A stretch of 64,000 bases of DNA from Auanema rhodensis (taxonomy: Eukaryota > Animalia > Nematoda). The stretch spans positions 62,001 through 126,000 of the forward strand of contig CAXKVF010000073.1 in assembly GCA_964057225.1 (NCBI GenBank), written 5' to 3'. The translations under genes were made by a program, and so were the position numbers. The notes beneath the pieces were generated by a model, which saw nothing but the letters and a program-made list of their open reading frames with translations, did not search any database and was not told the origin of the DNA. This document shows, piece by piece, positions 25,801-39,800 of this stretch (positions are counted from its first letter, which is position 1; each line of letters starts with the position of its first letter).

Positions 25801-28800
25801 CAATAAAAAGTTGTTTTTAGACTAATATGGACATGGGGAATCTAATTTTGAAAACCGCATCTCTTTATCTTTCACGTGAAGCGAGTTACATACCAAGTGC
25901 ACATCACGTGTACATTTAATTAGCATAAATTAAAGTTCACGTAAATTTCAAAGTCATGGTTACCATGAACCAATATCAATAAAAATTTGTTTTTAGACTA
26001 ATATGGACATGGGGAATCTAATTTTGAAAACCGCATCTCTTTATCTTTCACGTGAAGCGAGTTACATACCAAGTGCACATCACGTGTACATTTAATTAGC
26101 ATAAATTAAAGTTCACGTAAATTTCAAAGTCATGGTTACCATGAACCAATATCAATAAAAATTTGTTTTTAGACTAATATGGACATGGGGAATCTAATTT
26201 TGAAAACCGCATCTCTTTATCTTTCACGTGAAGCGAGTTACATACCAAGTGCACATCACGTGTACATTTAATTAGCATAAATTAAAGTTCACGTAAATTT
26301 CAAAGTCATGGTTACCATGCACCAATATCAATAAAAATTTGTTTTTAGACTAATATGGACATGGGGAATCTAATTTTGGAAACCGCATCTCTTTATCTTT
26401 CACGTGAAGCGAGTTACATACCAAGTGCACATCACGTGTACATTTAATTAGCATAAATTAAAGTTCACGTAAATTTCAAAGTCATGGTTACCATGCACCA
26501 ATATCAATAAAAATTTGTTTTTAGACTAATATGGACATGGGGAATCTAATTTTGAAAACCGCATCTCTTTATCTTTCACGTGAAGCGAGTTACATACCAA
26601 GTGCACATCACGTGTACATTTAATTAGCATAAATTAAAGTTCACGTAAATTTCAAAGTCATGGTTACCATGAAGCAATATCAATAAAAATTTGTTTTTAG
26701 ACTAATATGGACATGGGGAATCTAATTTTGAAAACCGCATCTCTTTATCTTTCACTTGAAGCGAGTTACATACCAAGTGCACATCACGTGTACATTTAAT
26801 TAGCATAAATTAAAGTTCACGTAAATTTCAAAGTCATGGTTACCATGAACCAATATCAATAAAAATTTGTTTTTAGACTAATATGGACATGGGGAATCTA
26901 ATTTTGAAAACCGCATCTCTTTATCTTTCACGTGAAGCGAGTTACATACCAAGTGCACATCACGTGTACATTTAATTAGCATAAATTAAAGTTCACGTAA
27001 ATTTCAAAGTCATGGTTACCATGAACCAATAACAATAAAAATTTGTTTTTAGACTAATATGGACATGGGGAATCTAATTTTGAAAACCGCATCTCTTTAT
27101 CTTTCACGTGAAGCGAGTTACATACCAAGTGCACATCACGTGTACATTTAATTAGCATAAATTAAAGTTCACGTAAATTTCAAAGTCATGGTTACCATGA
27201 ACCAATATCAATAAAAATTTGTTTTTAGACTAATATGGACATGGGGAATCTAATTTTGAAAACCGCATCTCTTTATCTTACACGTGAAGCGAGTTACATA
27301 CCAAGTGCACATCACGTGTACATTTAATTAGCATAAATTAAAGTTCACGTAAATTTCAAAGTCATGGTTACCATGAAGCAATATCAATAAAAATTTGTTT
27401 TTAGACTAATATGGACATGGGGAATCTAATTTTGAAAACCGCATCTCTTTATCTTTCACGTGAAGCGAGTTACATACCAAGTGCACATCACGTGTACATT
27501 TAATTAGCATAAATTAAAGTTCACGTAAACTTCAAAGTCATGGTTACCATGAACAAATATCAATAAAAATTTGTTTTTAGACTAATATGGACATGGGGAA
27601 TCTAATTTTGAAAACCGCATCTCTTTATCTTTCACGTGAAGCGAGTTACATACCAAGTGCACATCACGTGTACATTTAATTAGCATAAATTAAAGTTCAC
27701 GTAAATTTCAAAGTCATGGTTACCATGAAGCAATATCAATAAAAATTTGTTTTTAGACTAATATGGACATGGGGAATCTAATTTTGAAAACCGCATCTCT
27801 TTATCTTTCACGTGAAGCGAGTTACATACCAAGTGCACATCACGTGTACATTTAATTAGCATAAATTAAAGTTCACGTAAATTTCAAAGTCATGGTTACC
27901 ATGAACCAATATCAATAAAAATTTGTTTTTAGACTAATATGGACATGGGGAATCTAATTTTGAAAACCGCATCTCTTTATCTTTCACGTGAAGCGAGTTA
28001 CATACCAAGTGCACATCACGTGTACATTTAATTAGCATAAATTAAAGTTCACGTAAACTTCAAAGTCATGGTTACCATGAACCAATATCAATAAAAATTT
28101 GTTTTTAGACTAATATGGACATGGGGAATCTAATTTTGAAAACCGCATCTCTTTATCTTTCACGTGAAGCGAGTTACATACCAAGTGCACATCACGTGTA
28201 CATTTAATTAGCATAAATTAAAGTTCACGTAAATTTCAAAGTCATGGTTACCATGAAGCAATATCAATAAAAATTTGTTTTTAGACTAATATGGACATGG
28301 GGAATCTAATTTTGAAAACCGCTTCTCTTTATCTTTCACGTGAAGCGAGTTACATACCAAGTGCACATCACGTGTACATTTAATTAGCATAAATTAAAGT
28401 TCACGTAAATTTCAAAGTCATGGTTACCATGAACCAATATCAATAAAAATTTGTTTTTAGACTAATATGGACATGGGGAATCTAATTTTGAAAACCGCAT
28501 CTCTTTATCTTTCACGTGAAGCGAGTTACATACCAAGTGCACATCACGTGTACATTTAATTAGCATAAATTAAAGTTCACGTAAACTTCAAAGTCATGGT
28601 TACCATGAAGCAATATCAATAAAAATTTGTTTTTAGACTAATATGGACATGGGGAATCTAATTTTGAAAACCGCATCTCTTTATCTTTCACGTGAAGCGA
28701 GTTACATACCAAGTGCACATCACGTGTACATTTAATTAGCATAAATTAAAGTTCACGTAAATTTCAAAGTCATGGTTACCATGAACCAATATCAATAAAA

Positions 28801-31800
28801 ATTTGTTTTTAGACTAATATGGACACGGGGAATCTAATTTTGAAAACCGCATCTCTTTATCTTTCACGTGAAGCGAGTTACATACCAAGTGCACATCACG
28901 TGTACATTTAATTAGCATAAATTAAAGTTCACGTAAATTTTAAAGTCATGGTTACCATGAAGCAATATCAATAAAAATTTGTTTTTAGACTAATATGGAC
29001 ATGGGGAATCTAATTTTGAAAACCGCATCTCTTTATCTTTCACGTGAAGCGAGTTACATACCAAGTGCACATCACGTGTACATTTAATTAGCATAAATTA
29101 AAGTTCACGTAAATTTCAAAGTCATGGTTACCATGAACCAATATCAATAAAAATTTGTTTTTAGACTAATATGGACATGGGGAATCTAATTTTGAAAACC
29201 GCATCTCTTTATCTTTCACGTGAAGCGAGTTACATACCAAGTGCACATCACGTGTACATTTAATTAGCATAAATTAAAGTTCACGTAAATTTCAAAGTCA
29301 TGGTTACCATGAAGCAATATCAATAAAAATTTGTTTTTAGACTAATATGGACATGGGGAATCTAATTTTGAAAACCGCATCTCTTTATCTTTCACGTGAA
29401 GCGAGTTACATACCAAGTGCACATCACGTGTACATTTAATTAGCATAAATTAAAGTTCACGTAAATTTCAAAGTCATGGTTACCATGAACCAATATCAAT
29501 AAAAATTTGTTTTTAGACTAATATGGACATGGGGAATCTAATTTTGAAAACCGCATCTCTTTATCTTTCACGTGAAGCGAGTTACATACCAAGTGCACAT
29601 CACGTGTACATTTAATTAGCATAAATTAAAGTTCACGTAAATTTCAAAGTCATGGTTACCATGAACCAATATCAATAAAAATTTGTTTTTAGACTAATAT
29701 GGACATGGGGAATCTAATTTTGAAAACCGCATCTCTTTATCTTTCACGTGAAGCGAGTTACATACCAAGTGCACATCACGTGTACATTTAATTAGCATAA
29801 ATTAAAGTTCACGTAAATTTCAAAGTCATGGTTACCATGAACCAATATCAATAAAAATTTGTTTTTAGACTAATATGGACATGGGGAATCTAATTTTGAA
29901 AACCGCATCTCTTTATCTTTCACGTGAAGCGAGTTACATACCAAGTGCACATCACGTGTACATTTAATTAGCATGAATTAAAGTTCACGTAAATTTCAAA
30001 GTCATGGTTACCATGAACCAATATCAATAAAAATTTGTTTTTAGACTAATATGGACATGGGGAATCTAATTTTGAAAACCGCATCTCTTTATCTTTCACG
30101 TGAAGCGAGTTACATACCAAGTGCACATCACGTGTACATTTAATTAGCATAAATTAAAGTTCACGTAAATTTCAAAGTCATGGTTACCATGAAGGAATAT
30201 CAATAAAAATTTGTTTTTAGACTAATATGGACATGGGGAATCTAATTTTGAAAACCGCATCTCTTCATCTTTCACGTGAAGCGAGTTACATACCAAGTGC
30301 ACATCACGTGTACATTTAATTAGCATAAATTAAAGTTCACGTAAATTTCAAAGTCATGGTTACCATGAACCAATATCAATAAAAATTTGTTTTTAGACTA
30401 ATATGGACATGGGGAATCTAATTTTGAAAACCGCATCTCTTTATCTTTCACGTGAAGCGAGTTACATACCAAGTGCACATCACGTGTACATTTAATTAGC
30501 ATAAATTAAAGTTCACGTAAATTTCAAAGTCATGGTTACCATGAACCAATATCAATAAAAATTTGTTTTTAGACTAATATGGACATGGGGAATCTAATTT
30601 TGAAAACCGCATCTCTTTATCTTTCACGTGAAGCGAGTTACATACCAAGTGCACATCACGTGTACATTTAATTAGCATAAATTAAAGTTCACGTAAATTT
30701 CAAAGTCATGGTTACCATGAACCAATATCAATAAAAATTTGTTTTTAGACTAATATGGACATGGGGAATCTAATTTTGAAAACCGCATCTCTTTATCTTT
30801 CACGTGAAGCGAGTTACATACCAAGTGCACATCACGTGTACATTTAATTAGCATAAATTAAAGTTCACGTAAATTTCAAAGTCATGGTTACCATGAACCA
30901 ATATCAATAAAAATTTGTTTTTAGACTAATATGGACATGGGGAATCTAATTTTGAAAACCGCATCTCTTTATCTTTCACGTGAAGCGAGTTACATACCAA
31001 GTGCACATCACGTGTACATTTAATTAGCATAAATTAAAGTTCACGTAAATTTCAAAGTCATGGTTACCATGAACAAATATCAATAAAAATTTGTTTTTAG
31101 ACTAATATGGACATGGGGAATCTAATTTTGAAAACCGCATCTCTTTATCTTTCACGTGAAGCGAGTTACATACCAAGTGCACATCACGTGTACATTTAAT
31201 TAGCATAAATTAAAGTTCACGTAAATTTCAAAGTCATGGTTACCATGAAGGAATATCAATAAAAATTTGTTTTTAGACTAATATGGACATGGGGAATCTA
31301 ATTTTGAAAACCGCATCTCTTCATCTTTCACGTGAAGCGAGTTACATACCAAGTGCACATCACGTGTACATTTAATTAGCATAAATTAAAGTTCACGTAA
31401 ATTTCAAAGTCATGGTTACCATGAACCAATATCAATAAAAATTTGTTTTTAGACTAATATGGACATGGGGAATCTAATTTTGAAAACCGCATCTCTTTAT
31501 CTTTCACGTGAAGCGAGTTACATACCAAGTGCACATCACGTGTACATTTAATTAGCATAAATTAAAGTTCACGTAAATTTCAAAGTCATGGTTACCATGA
31601 ACCAATATCAATAAAAATTTGTTTTTAGACTAATATGGACATGGGGAATCTAATTTTGAAAACCGCATCTCTTTATCTTTCACGTGAAGCGAGTTACATA
31701 CCAAGTGCACATCACGTGTACATTTAATTAGCATAAATTAAAGTTCACGTAAATTTCAAAGTCATGATTACCATGCACCAATATCAATAAAAATTTGTTT

Positions 31801-33501
31801 TTAGACTAATATGGACATGGGGAATCTAATTTTGAAAACCGCATCTCTTTATCTTTCACGTGAAGCGAGTTACATACCAAGTGCACATCACGTGTACATT
31901 TAATTAGCATAAATTAAAGTTCACGTAAATTTCAAAGTCATGGTTACCATGAACCAATATCAATAAAAATTTGTTTTTAGACTAATATGGACATGGGGAA
32001 TCTAATTTTGAAAACCGCATCTCTTTATCTTTCACGTGAAGCGAGTTACATACCAAGTGCACATCACGTGTACATTTAATTAGCATAAATTAAAGTTCAC
32101 GTAAACTTCAAAGTCATGGTTACCATGAAGCAATATCAATAAAAATTTGTTTTTAGACTAAGATGGACATGGGGAATCTAATTTTGAAAACCGCATCTCT
32201 TTATCTTTCACGTGAAGCGAGTTACATACCAAGTGCACATCACGTGTACATTTAATTAGCATAAATTAAAGTTCACGTAAATTTCAAAGTCATGGTTACC
32301 ATGAACCAATATCAATAAAATTTGTTTTTAGACTAATATGGACATGGGGAATCTAATTTTGAAAACCGCATCTCTTTATCTTTCACGTGAAGCGAGTTAC
32401 ATACCAAGTGCACATCACGTGTACATTTAATTAGCATAAATTAAAGTTCACGTAAATTTCAAAGTCATGGTTACCATGCACCAATATCAATAAAAATTTG
32501 TTTTTAGACTAATATGGACATGGGGAATCTAATTTTGAAAACCGCATCTCTTTATCTTTCACGTGAAGCGAGTTACATACCAAGTGCACATCACGTGTAC
32601 ATTTAATTAGCATAAATTAAAGTTCACGTAAATTTCAAAGTCATGGTTACCATGAACCAATATCAATAAAAATTTGTTTTTAGACTAATATGGACATGGG
32701 GAATCTAATTTTGAAAACCGCATCTCTTTATCTTTCACGTGAAGCGAGTTACATACCAAGTGCACATCACGTGTACATTTAATTAGCATAAATTAAAGTT
32801 CACGTAAAGTTCAAAGTCATGGTTACCATGAACCAATATCAATAAAAATTTGTTTTTAGACTAATATGGACATGGGAAATCTAATTTTGAAAACCGCATC
32901 TCTTTATCTTTCACGTGAAGCGAGTTACATACCAAGTGCACATCACGTGTACATTTTATTAGCATAAATTAAAGTTCACGTAAATTTCAAAGTCATGGTT
33001 ACCATGAAGCAATATCAATAAAAATTTGTTTTTAGACTAATATGGACATGGGGAATCTAATTTTGAAAACCGCATCTCTTTATCTTTCACGTGAAACGAG
33101 TTACATACCAAGTGCACATCACGTGTACATTTAATTAGCATAAATTAAAGTTCACGTAAATTTCAAAGTCATGGTTACCATGAACCAATATCAATAAAAA
33201 TTTGTTTTTAGACTAATATGGACATGGGGAATCTAATTTTGAAAACCGCATCTCTTTATCTTTCACGTGAAGCGAGTTACATACCAAGTGCACATCACGT
33301 GTACATTTAATTAGCATAAATTAAAGTTCACGTAAATTTCAAAGTCATGGTTACCATGAAGCAATATCAATAAAAATTTGTTTTTAGACTAATATGGACA
33401 TGGGGAATCTAATTTTGAAAACCGCATCTCTTTATCTTTCACGTGAAGCGAGTTACATACCAAGTGCACATCACGTGTACATTTAATTAGCATAAATTAA
33501 A

Positions 33502-36318
33502 GTTCACGTAAATTTCAAAGTCATGGTTACCATGCACCAATATCAATAAAAATTTGTTTTTAGACTAATATGGACATGGGGAATCTAATTTTGAAAACCG
33601 CATCTCTTTATCTTTCACGTGAAGCGAGTTACATACCAAGTGCACATCACGTGTACATTTAATTAGCATAAATTAAAGTTCACGTAAATTTCAAAGTCAT
33701 GGTTACCATGAACCAATATCAATAAAAATTTGTTTTTAGACTAATATGGACATGGGGAATCTAATTTTGAAAACCGCATCTCTTTATCTTTCACGTGAAG
33801 CGAGTTACATACCAAGTGCACATCACGTGTACATTTAATTAGCATAAATTAAAGTTCACGTAAATTTCAAAGTCATGGTTACCATGAAGCAATATCAATA
33901 AAAATTTGTTTTTAGACTAATATGGACATGGGAAATCTAATTTTGAAAACCGCATCTCTTTATCTTTCACGTGAAGCGAGTTACATACCAAGTGCACATC
34001 ACGTGTACATTTAATTAGCATAAATTAAAGTTCACGTAAATTTCAAAGTCATGGTTACCATGAACCAATATCAATAAAAATTTGTTTTTAGACTAATATG
34101 GACATGGGGAATCTAATTTTGAAAACCGCATCTCTTTATCTTTCACGTGAAGCGAGTTACATACCAAGTGCCACATCACGTGTACATTCAATTAGCATAA
34201 ATTAAAGTTCACGTAAATTTCAAAGTCATGGTTACCATGCACCAATATCAATAAAAATTTGTTTTTAGACTAATATGGACATGGGGAATCTAATTTTGAA
34301 AACCGCATCTCTTTATCTTTCACGTGAAGCGAGTTAATAACCAAGTGCACATCACGTGTACATTTAATTAGCATAAATTAAAGTTCACGTAAATTTCAAA
34401 GTCATGGTTACCATGAAGCAATATCAATAAAAATTTGTTTTTAGACTAATATGGACATGGGGAATCTAATTTTGAAAACCGCATCTCTTTATCTTTCACG
34501 TGAAGCGAGTTACATACCAAGTGCACATCACGTGTACATTTAATTAGCATAAATTAAAGTTCACGTAAATTTCAAAGTCATGGTTACCATGAAGCAATAT
34601 CAATAAAAATTTGTTTTTAGACTAATATGGACATGGGGAATCTAATTTTGAAAACCGCATCTCTTTATCTTTCACGTGAAGCGAGTTACATACCAAGTGC
34701 ACATCACGTGTACATTTAATTAGCATAAATTAAAGTTCACGTAAATTTCAAAGTCATGGTTACCATGAACCAATATCAATAAAAATTTGTTTTTAGACTA
34801 ATATGGACATGGGGAATCTAATTTTGAAAACCGCATCTCTTTATCTTTCACGTGAAGCGAGTTACATACCAAGTGCACATCACGTGTACATTTAATTAGC
34901 ATAAATTAAAGTTCACGTAAATTTCAAAGTCATGGTTACCATGCACCAATATCAATAAAAATTTGTTTTTAGACTAATATGGACATGGGGAATCTAATTT
35001 TGAAAACCGCATCTCTTTATCTTTCACGTGAAGCGAGTTACATACCAAGTGCACATCACGTGTACATTTAATTAGCATAAATTAAAGTTCACGTAAATTT
35101 CAAAGTCATGGTTACCATGAACCAATATCAATAAAAATTTGTTTTTAGACTAATATGGACATGGGGAATCTAATTTTGAAAACCGCATCTCTTTATCTTT
35201 CACGTGAAGCGAGTTACATACCAAGTGCACATCACGTGTACATTTAATTAGCATAAATTAAAGTTCACGTAAATTTCAAAGTCATGGTTACCATGAAGCA
35301 ATATCAATAAAAATTTGTTTTTAGACTAATATGGACATGGGAAATCTAATTTTGAAAACCGCATCTCTTTATCTTTCACGTGAAGCGAGTTACATACCAA
35401 GTGCACATCACGTGTACATTTAATTAGCATAAATTAAAGTTCACGTAAATTTCAAAGTCATGGTTACCATGAACCAATATCAATAAAAATTTGTTTTTAG
35501 ACTAATATGGACATGGGGAATCTAATTTTGAAAACCGCATCTCTTTATCTTTCACGTGAAGCGAGTTACATACCAAGTGCACATCACGTGTACATTCAAT
35601 TAGCATAAATTAAAGTTCACGTAAATTTCAAAGTCATGGTTACCATGCACCAATATCAATAAAAATTTGTTTTTAGACTAATATGGACATGGGGAATCTA
35701 ATTTTGAAAACCGCATCTCTTTATCTTTCACGTGAAGCGAGTTAATAACCAAGTGCACATCACGTGTACATTTAATTAGCATAAATTAAAGTTCACGTAA
35801 ATTTCAAAGTCATGGTTACCATGAAGCAATATCAATAAAAATTTGTTTTTAGACTAATATGGACATGGGGAATCTAATTTTGAAAACCGCATCTCTTTAT
35901 CTTTCACGTGAAGCGAGTTACATACCAAGTGCACATCACGTGTACATTTAATTAGCATAAATTAAAGTTCACGTAAATTTCAAAGTCATGGTTACCATGA
36001 AGCAATATCAATAAAAATTTGTTTTTAGACTAATATGGACATGGGGAATCTAATTTTGAAAACCGCATCTCTTTATCTTTCACGTGAAGCGAGTTACATA
36101 CCAAGTGCACATCACGTGTACATTTAATTAGCATAAATTAAAGTTCACGTAAATTTCAAAGTCATGGTTACCATGAACCAATATCAATAAAAATTTGTTT
36201 TTAGACTAATATGGACATGGGGAATCTAATTTTGAAAACCGCATCTCTTTATCTTTCACGTGAAGCGAGTTACATACCAAGTGCACATCACGTGTACATT
36301 TAATTAGCATAAATTAAA
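33502..36318 (+). repeat. 8-monomer tandem block duplication
   Basis: GGGAAAT (units 33854/35263), TTCAAT (34030/35439) and GTTAATAACC (34207/35615). Type order C,A,G,A,C,G,G,A occurs twice. Confidence 0.88.
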
Positions 36319-36846
36319 GTTCACGTAAATTTCAAAGTCATGGTTACCATGCACCAATATCAATAAAAATTTGTTTTTAGACTAATATGGACATGGGGAA
36401 TCTAATTTTGAAAACCGCATCTCTTTATCTTTCACGTGAAGCGAGTTACATACCAAGTGCACATCACGTGTACATTTAATTAGCATAAATTAAAGTTCAC
36501 GTAAATTTCAAAGTCATGGTTACCATGAAGCAATATCAATAAAAATTTGTTTTTAGACTAATATGGACATGGCGAATCTAATTTTGAGAACCGCATCTCT
36601 TTATCTTTCACGTGAAGCGAGTTACATACCAAGTGCACATCACGTGTACATTTAATTAGCATAAATTAAAGTTCACGTAAATTTCAAAGTCATGGTTACC
36701 ATGAAGCAATATCAATAAAAATTTGTTTTTAGACTAATATGGACATGGGGAATCTAATTTTGAAAACCGCATCTCTTTATCTTTCACGTGAAGCGAGTTA
36801 CATACCAAGTGCACATCACGTGTACATTTAATTAGCATAAATTAAA

Positions 36847-39800
36847 GTTCACGTAAATTTCAAAGTCATGGTTACCATGCACCAATATCAATAAAAATTT
36901 GTTTTTAGACTAATATGGACATGAAGAATCTAATTTTGAAAACCGCATCTCTTTATCTTTCACGTGAAGCGAGTTACATACCAAGTGCACATCACGTGTA
37001 CATTTAATTAGCATAAATTAAAGTTCACGTAAATTTCAAAGTCATGGTTACCATGCACCAATATCAATAAAAATTTGTTTTTAGACTAATATGGACATGG
37101 GGAATCTAATTTTGAAAACCGCATCTCTTTATCTTTCACGTGAAGCGAGTTACATACCAAGTGCACATCACGTGTACATTCAATTAGCATAAATTAAAGT
37201 TCACGTAAATTTCAAAGTCATGGTTACCATGCACCAATATCAATAAAAATTTGTTTTTAGACTAATATGGACATGGGGAATCTAATTTTGAAAACCGCAT
37301 CTCTTTATCTTTCACGTGAAGCGAGTTAATAACCAAGTGCACATCACGTGTACATTTAATTAGCATAAATTAAAGTTCACGTAAATTTCAAAGTCATGGT
37401 TACCATGAAGCAATATCAATAAAAATTTGTTTTTAGACTAATATGGACATGGGGAATCTAATTTTGAAAACCGCATCTCTTTATCTTTCACGTGAAGCGA
37501 GTTAATAACCAAGTGCACATCACGTGTACATTTAATTAGCATAAATTAAAGTTCACGTAAATTTCAAAGTCATGGTTACCATGAAGCAATATCAATAAAA
37601 ATTTGTTTTTAGACTAATATGGACATGAGGAATCTAATTTTGAAAACCGCATCTCTTTATCTTTCACGTGAAGCGAGTTACATACCAAGTGCACATCACG
37701 TGTACATTTAATTAGCATAAATTAAAGTTCACGTAAATTTCAAAGTCATGGTTACCATGAACCAATATCAATAAAAATTTGTTTTTAGAATAATATGGAC
37801 ATGGGGAATCTAATTTTGAAAACCGCATCTCTTTATCTTTCACGTGAAGCGAGTTACATACCAAGTGCACATCACGTGTACATTTAATTAGCATAAATTA
37901 AAGTTCACGTAAAATTCAAAGTCATGGTTACCATGCACCAATATCAATAAAAACTTGTTTTTAGACTAATATGGACATGGGGAATCTAATTTTGAAAACC
38001 GCATCTCTTTATCTTTCACGTGAAGCGAGTTAATAACCAAGTGCACATCACGTGTACATTTAATTAGCATAAATTAAAGTTCACGTAAATTTCAAAGTCA
38101 TGGTTACCATGAAGCAATATCAATAAAAATTTGTTTTTAGACTAATATGGACATGGGGAATCTAATTTTGAAAACCGCATCTCTTTATCTTTCACGTGAA
38201 GCGAGTTACATACCAAGTGCACATCACGTGTACATTTAATTAGCATAAATTAAAGTTCACGTAAATTTCAAAGTCATGGTTACCATGAAGCAATATCAAT
38301 AAAAATTTGTTTTTAGACTAATATGGACATGGGGAATCTAATTTTGAAAACCGCATCTCTTTATCTTTCACGTGAAGCGAGTTACATACCAAGTGCACAT
38401 CACGTGTACATTTAATTAGCATAAATTAAAGTTCACGTAAATTTCAAAGTCATGGTTACCATGAACCAATATCAATAAAAATTTGTTTTTAGAATAATAT
38501 GGACATGGGGAATCTAATTTTGAAAACCGCATCTCTTTATCTTTCACGTGAAGCGAGTTACATACCAAGTGCACATCACGTGTACATTTAATTAGCATAA
38601 ATTAAAGTTCACGTAAAATTCAAAGTCATGGTTACCATGCACCAATATCAATAAAAACTTGTTTTTAGACTAATATGGACATGGGGAATCTAATTTTGAA
38701 AACCGCATCTCTTTATCTTTCACGTGAAGCGAGTTAATAACCAAGTGCACATCACGTGTACATTTAATTAGCATAAATTAAAGTTCACGTAAATTTCAAA
38801 GTCATGGTTACCATGAAGCAATATCAATAAAAATTTGTTTTTAGACTAATATGGACATGGGGAATCTAATTTTGAAAACCGCATCTCTTTATCTTTCACG
38901 TGAAGCGAGTTACATACCAAGTGCACATCACGTGTACATTTAATTAGCATAAATTAAAGTTCACGTAAATTTCAAAGTCATGGTTACCATGAAGCAATAT
39001 CAATAAAAATTTGTTTTTAGACTAATATGGACATGGGGAATCTAATTTTGAAAACCGCATCTCTTTATCTTTCACGTGAAGCGAGTTACATACCAAGTGC
39101 ACATCACGTGTACATTTAATTAGCATAAATTAAAGTTCACGTAAATTTCAAAGTCATGGTTACCATGAACCAATATCAATAAAAATTTGTTTTTAGACTA
39201 ATATGGACATGGGGAATCTAATTTTGAAAACCGCATCTCTTTATCTTTCACGTGAAGCGAGTTACATACCAAGTGCACATCACGTGTACATTTAATTAGC
39301 ATAAATTAAAGTTCACGTAAATTTCAAAGTCATGGTTACCATGCACCAATATCAATAAAAATTTGTTTTTAGACTAATATGGACATGAAGAATCTAATTT
39401 TGAAAACCGCATCTCTTTATCTTTCACGTGAAGCGAGTTACATACCAAGTGCACATCACGTGTACATTTAATTAGCATAAATTAAAGTTCACGTAAATTT
39501 CAAAGTCATGGTTACCATGCACCAATATCAATAAAAATTTGTTTTTAGACTAATATGGACATGGGGAATCTAATTTTGAAAACCGCATCTCTTTATCTTT
39601 CACGTGAAGCGAGTTACATACCAAGTGCACATCACGTGTACATTCAATTAGCATAAATTAAAGTTCACGTAAATTTCAAAGTCATGGTTACCATGCACCA
39701 ATATCAATAAAAATTTGTTTTTAGACTAATATGGACATGGGGAATCTAATTTTGAAAACCGCATCTCTTTATCTTTCACGTGAAGCGAGTTAATAACCAA

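Noticed and set aside
30159-31390. Possible 6-monomer duplication (GAAGGAAT+CTTCATC in units 30159 and 31215)
   Set aside because: Only one marked unit supports it and the flanking units are near-consensus, so a block duplication cannot be distinguished from single-unit conversion.
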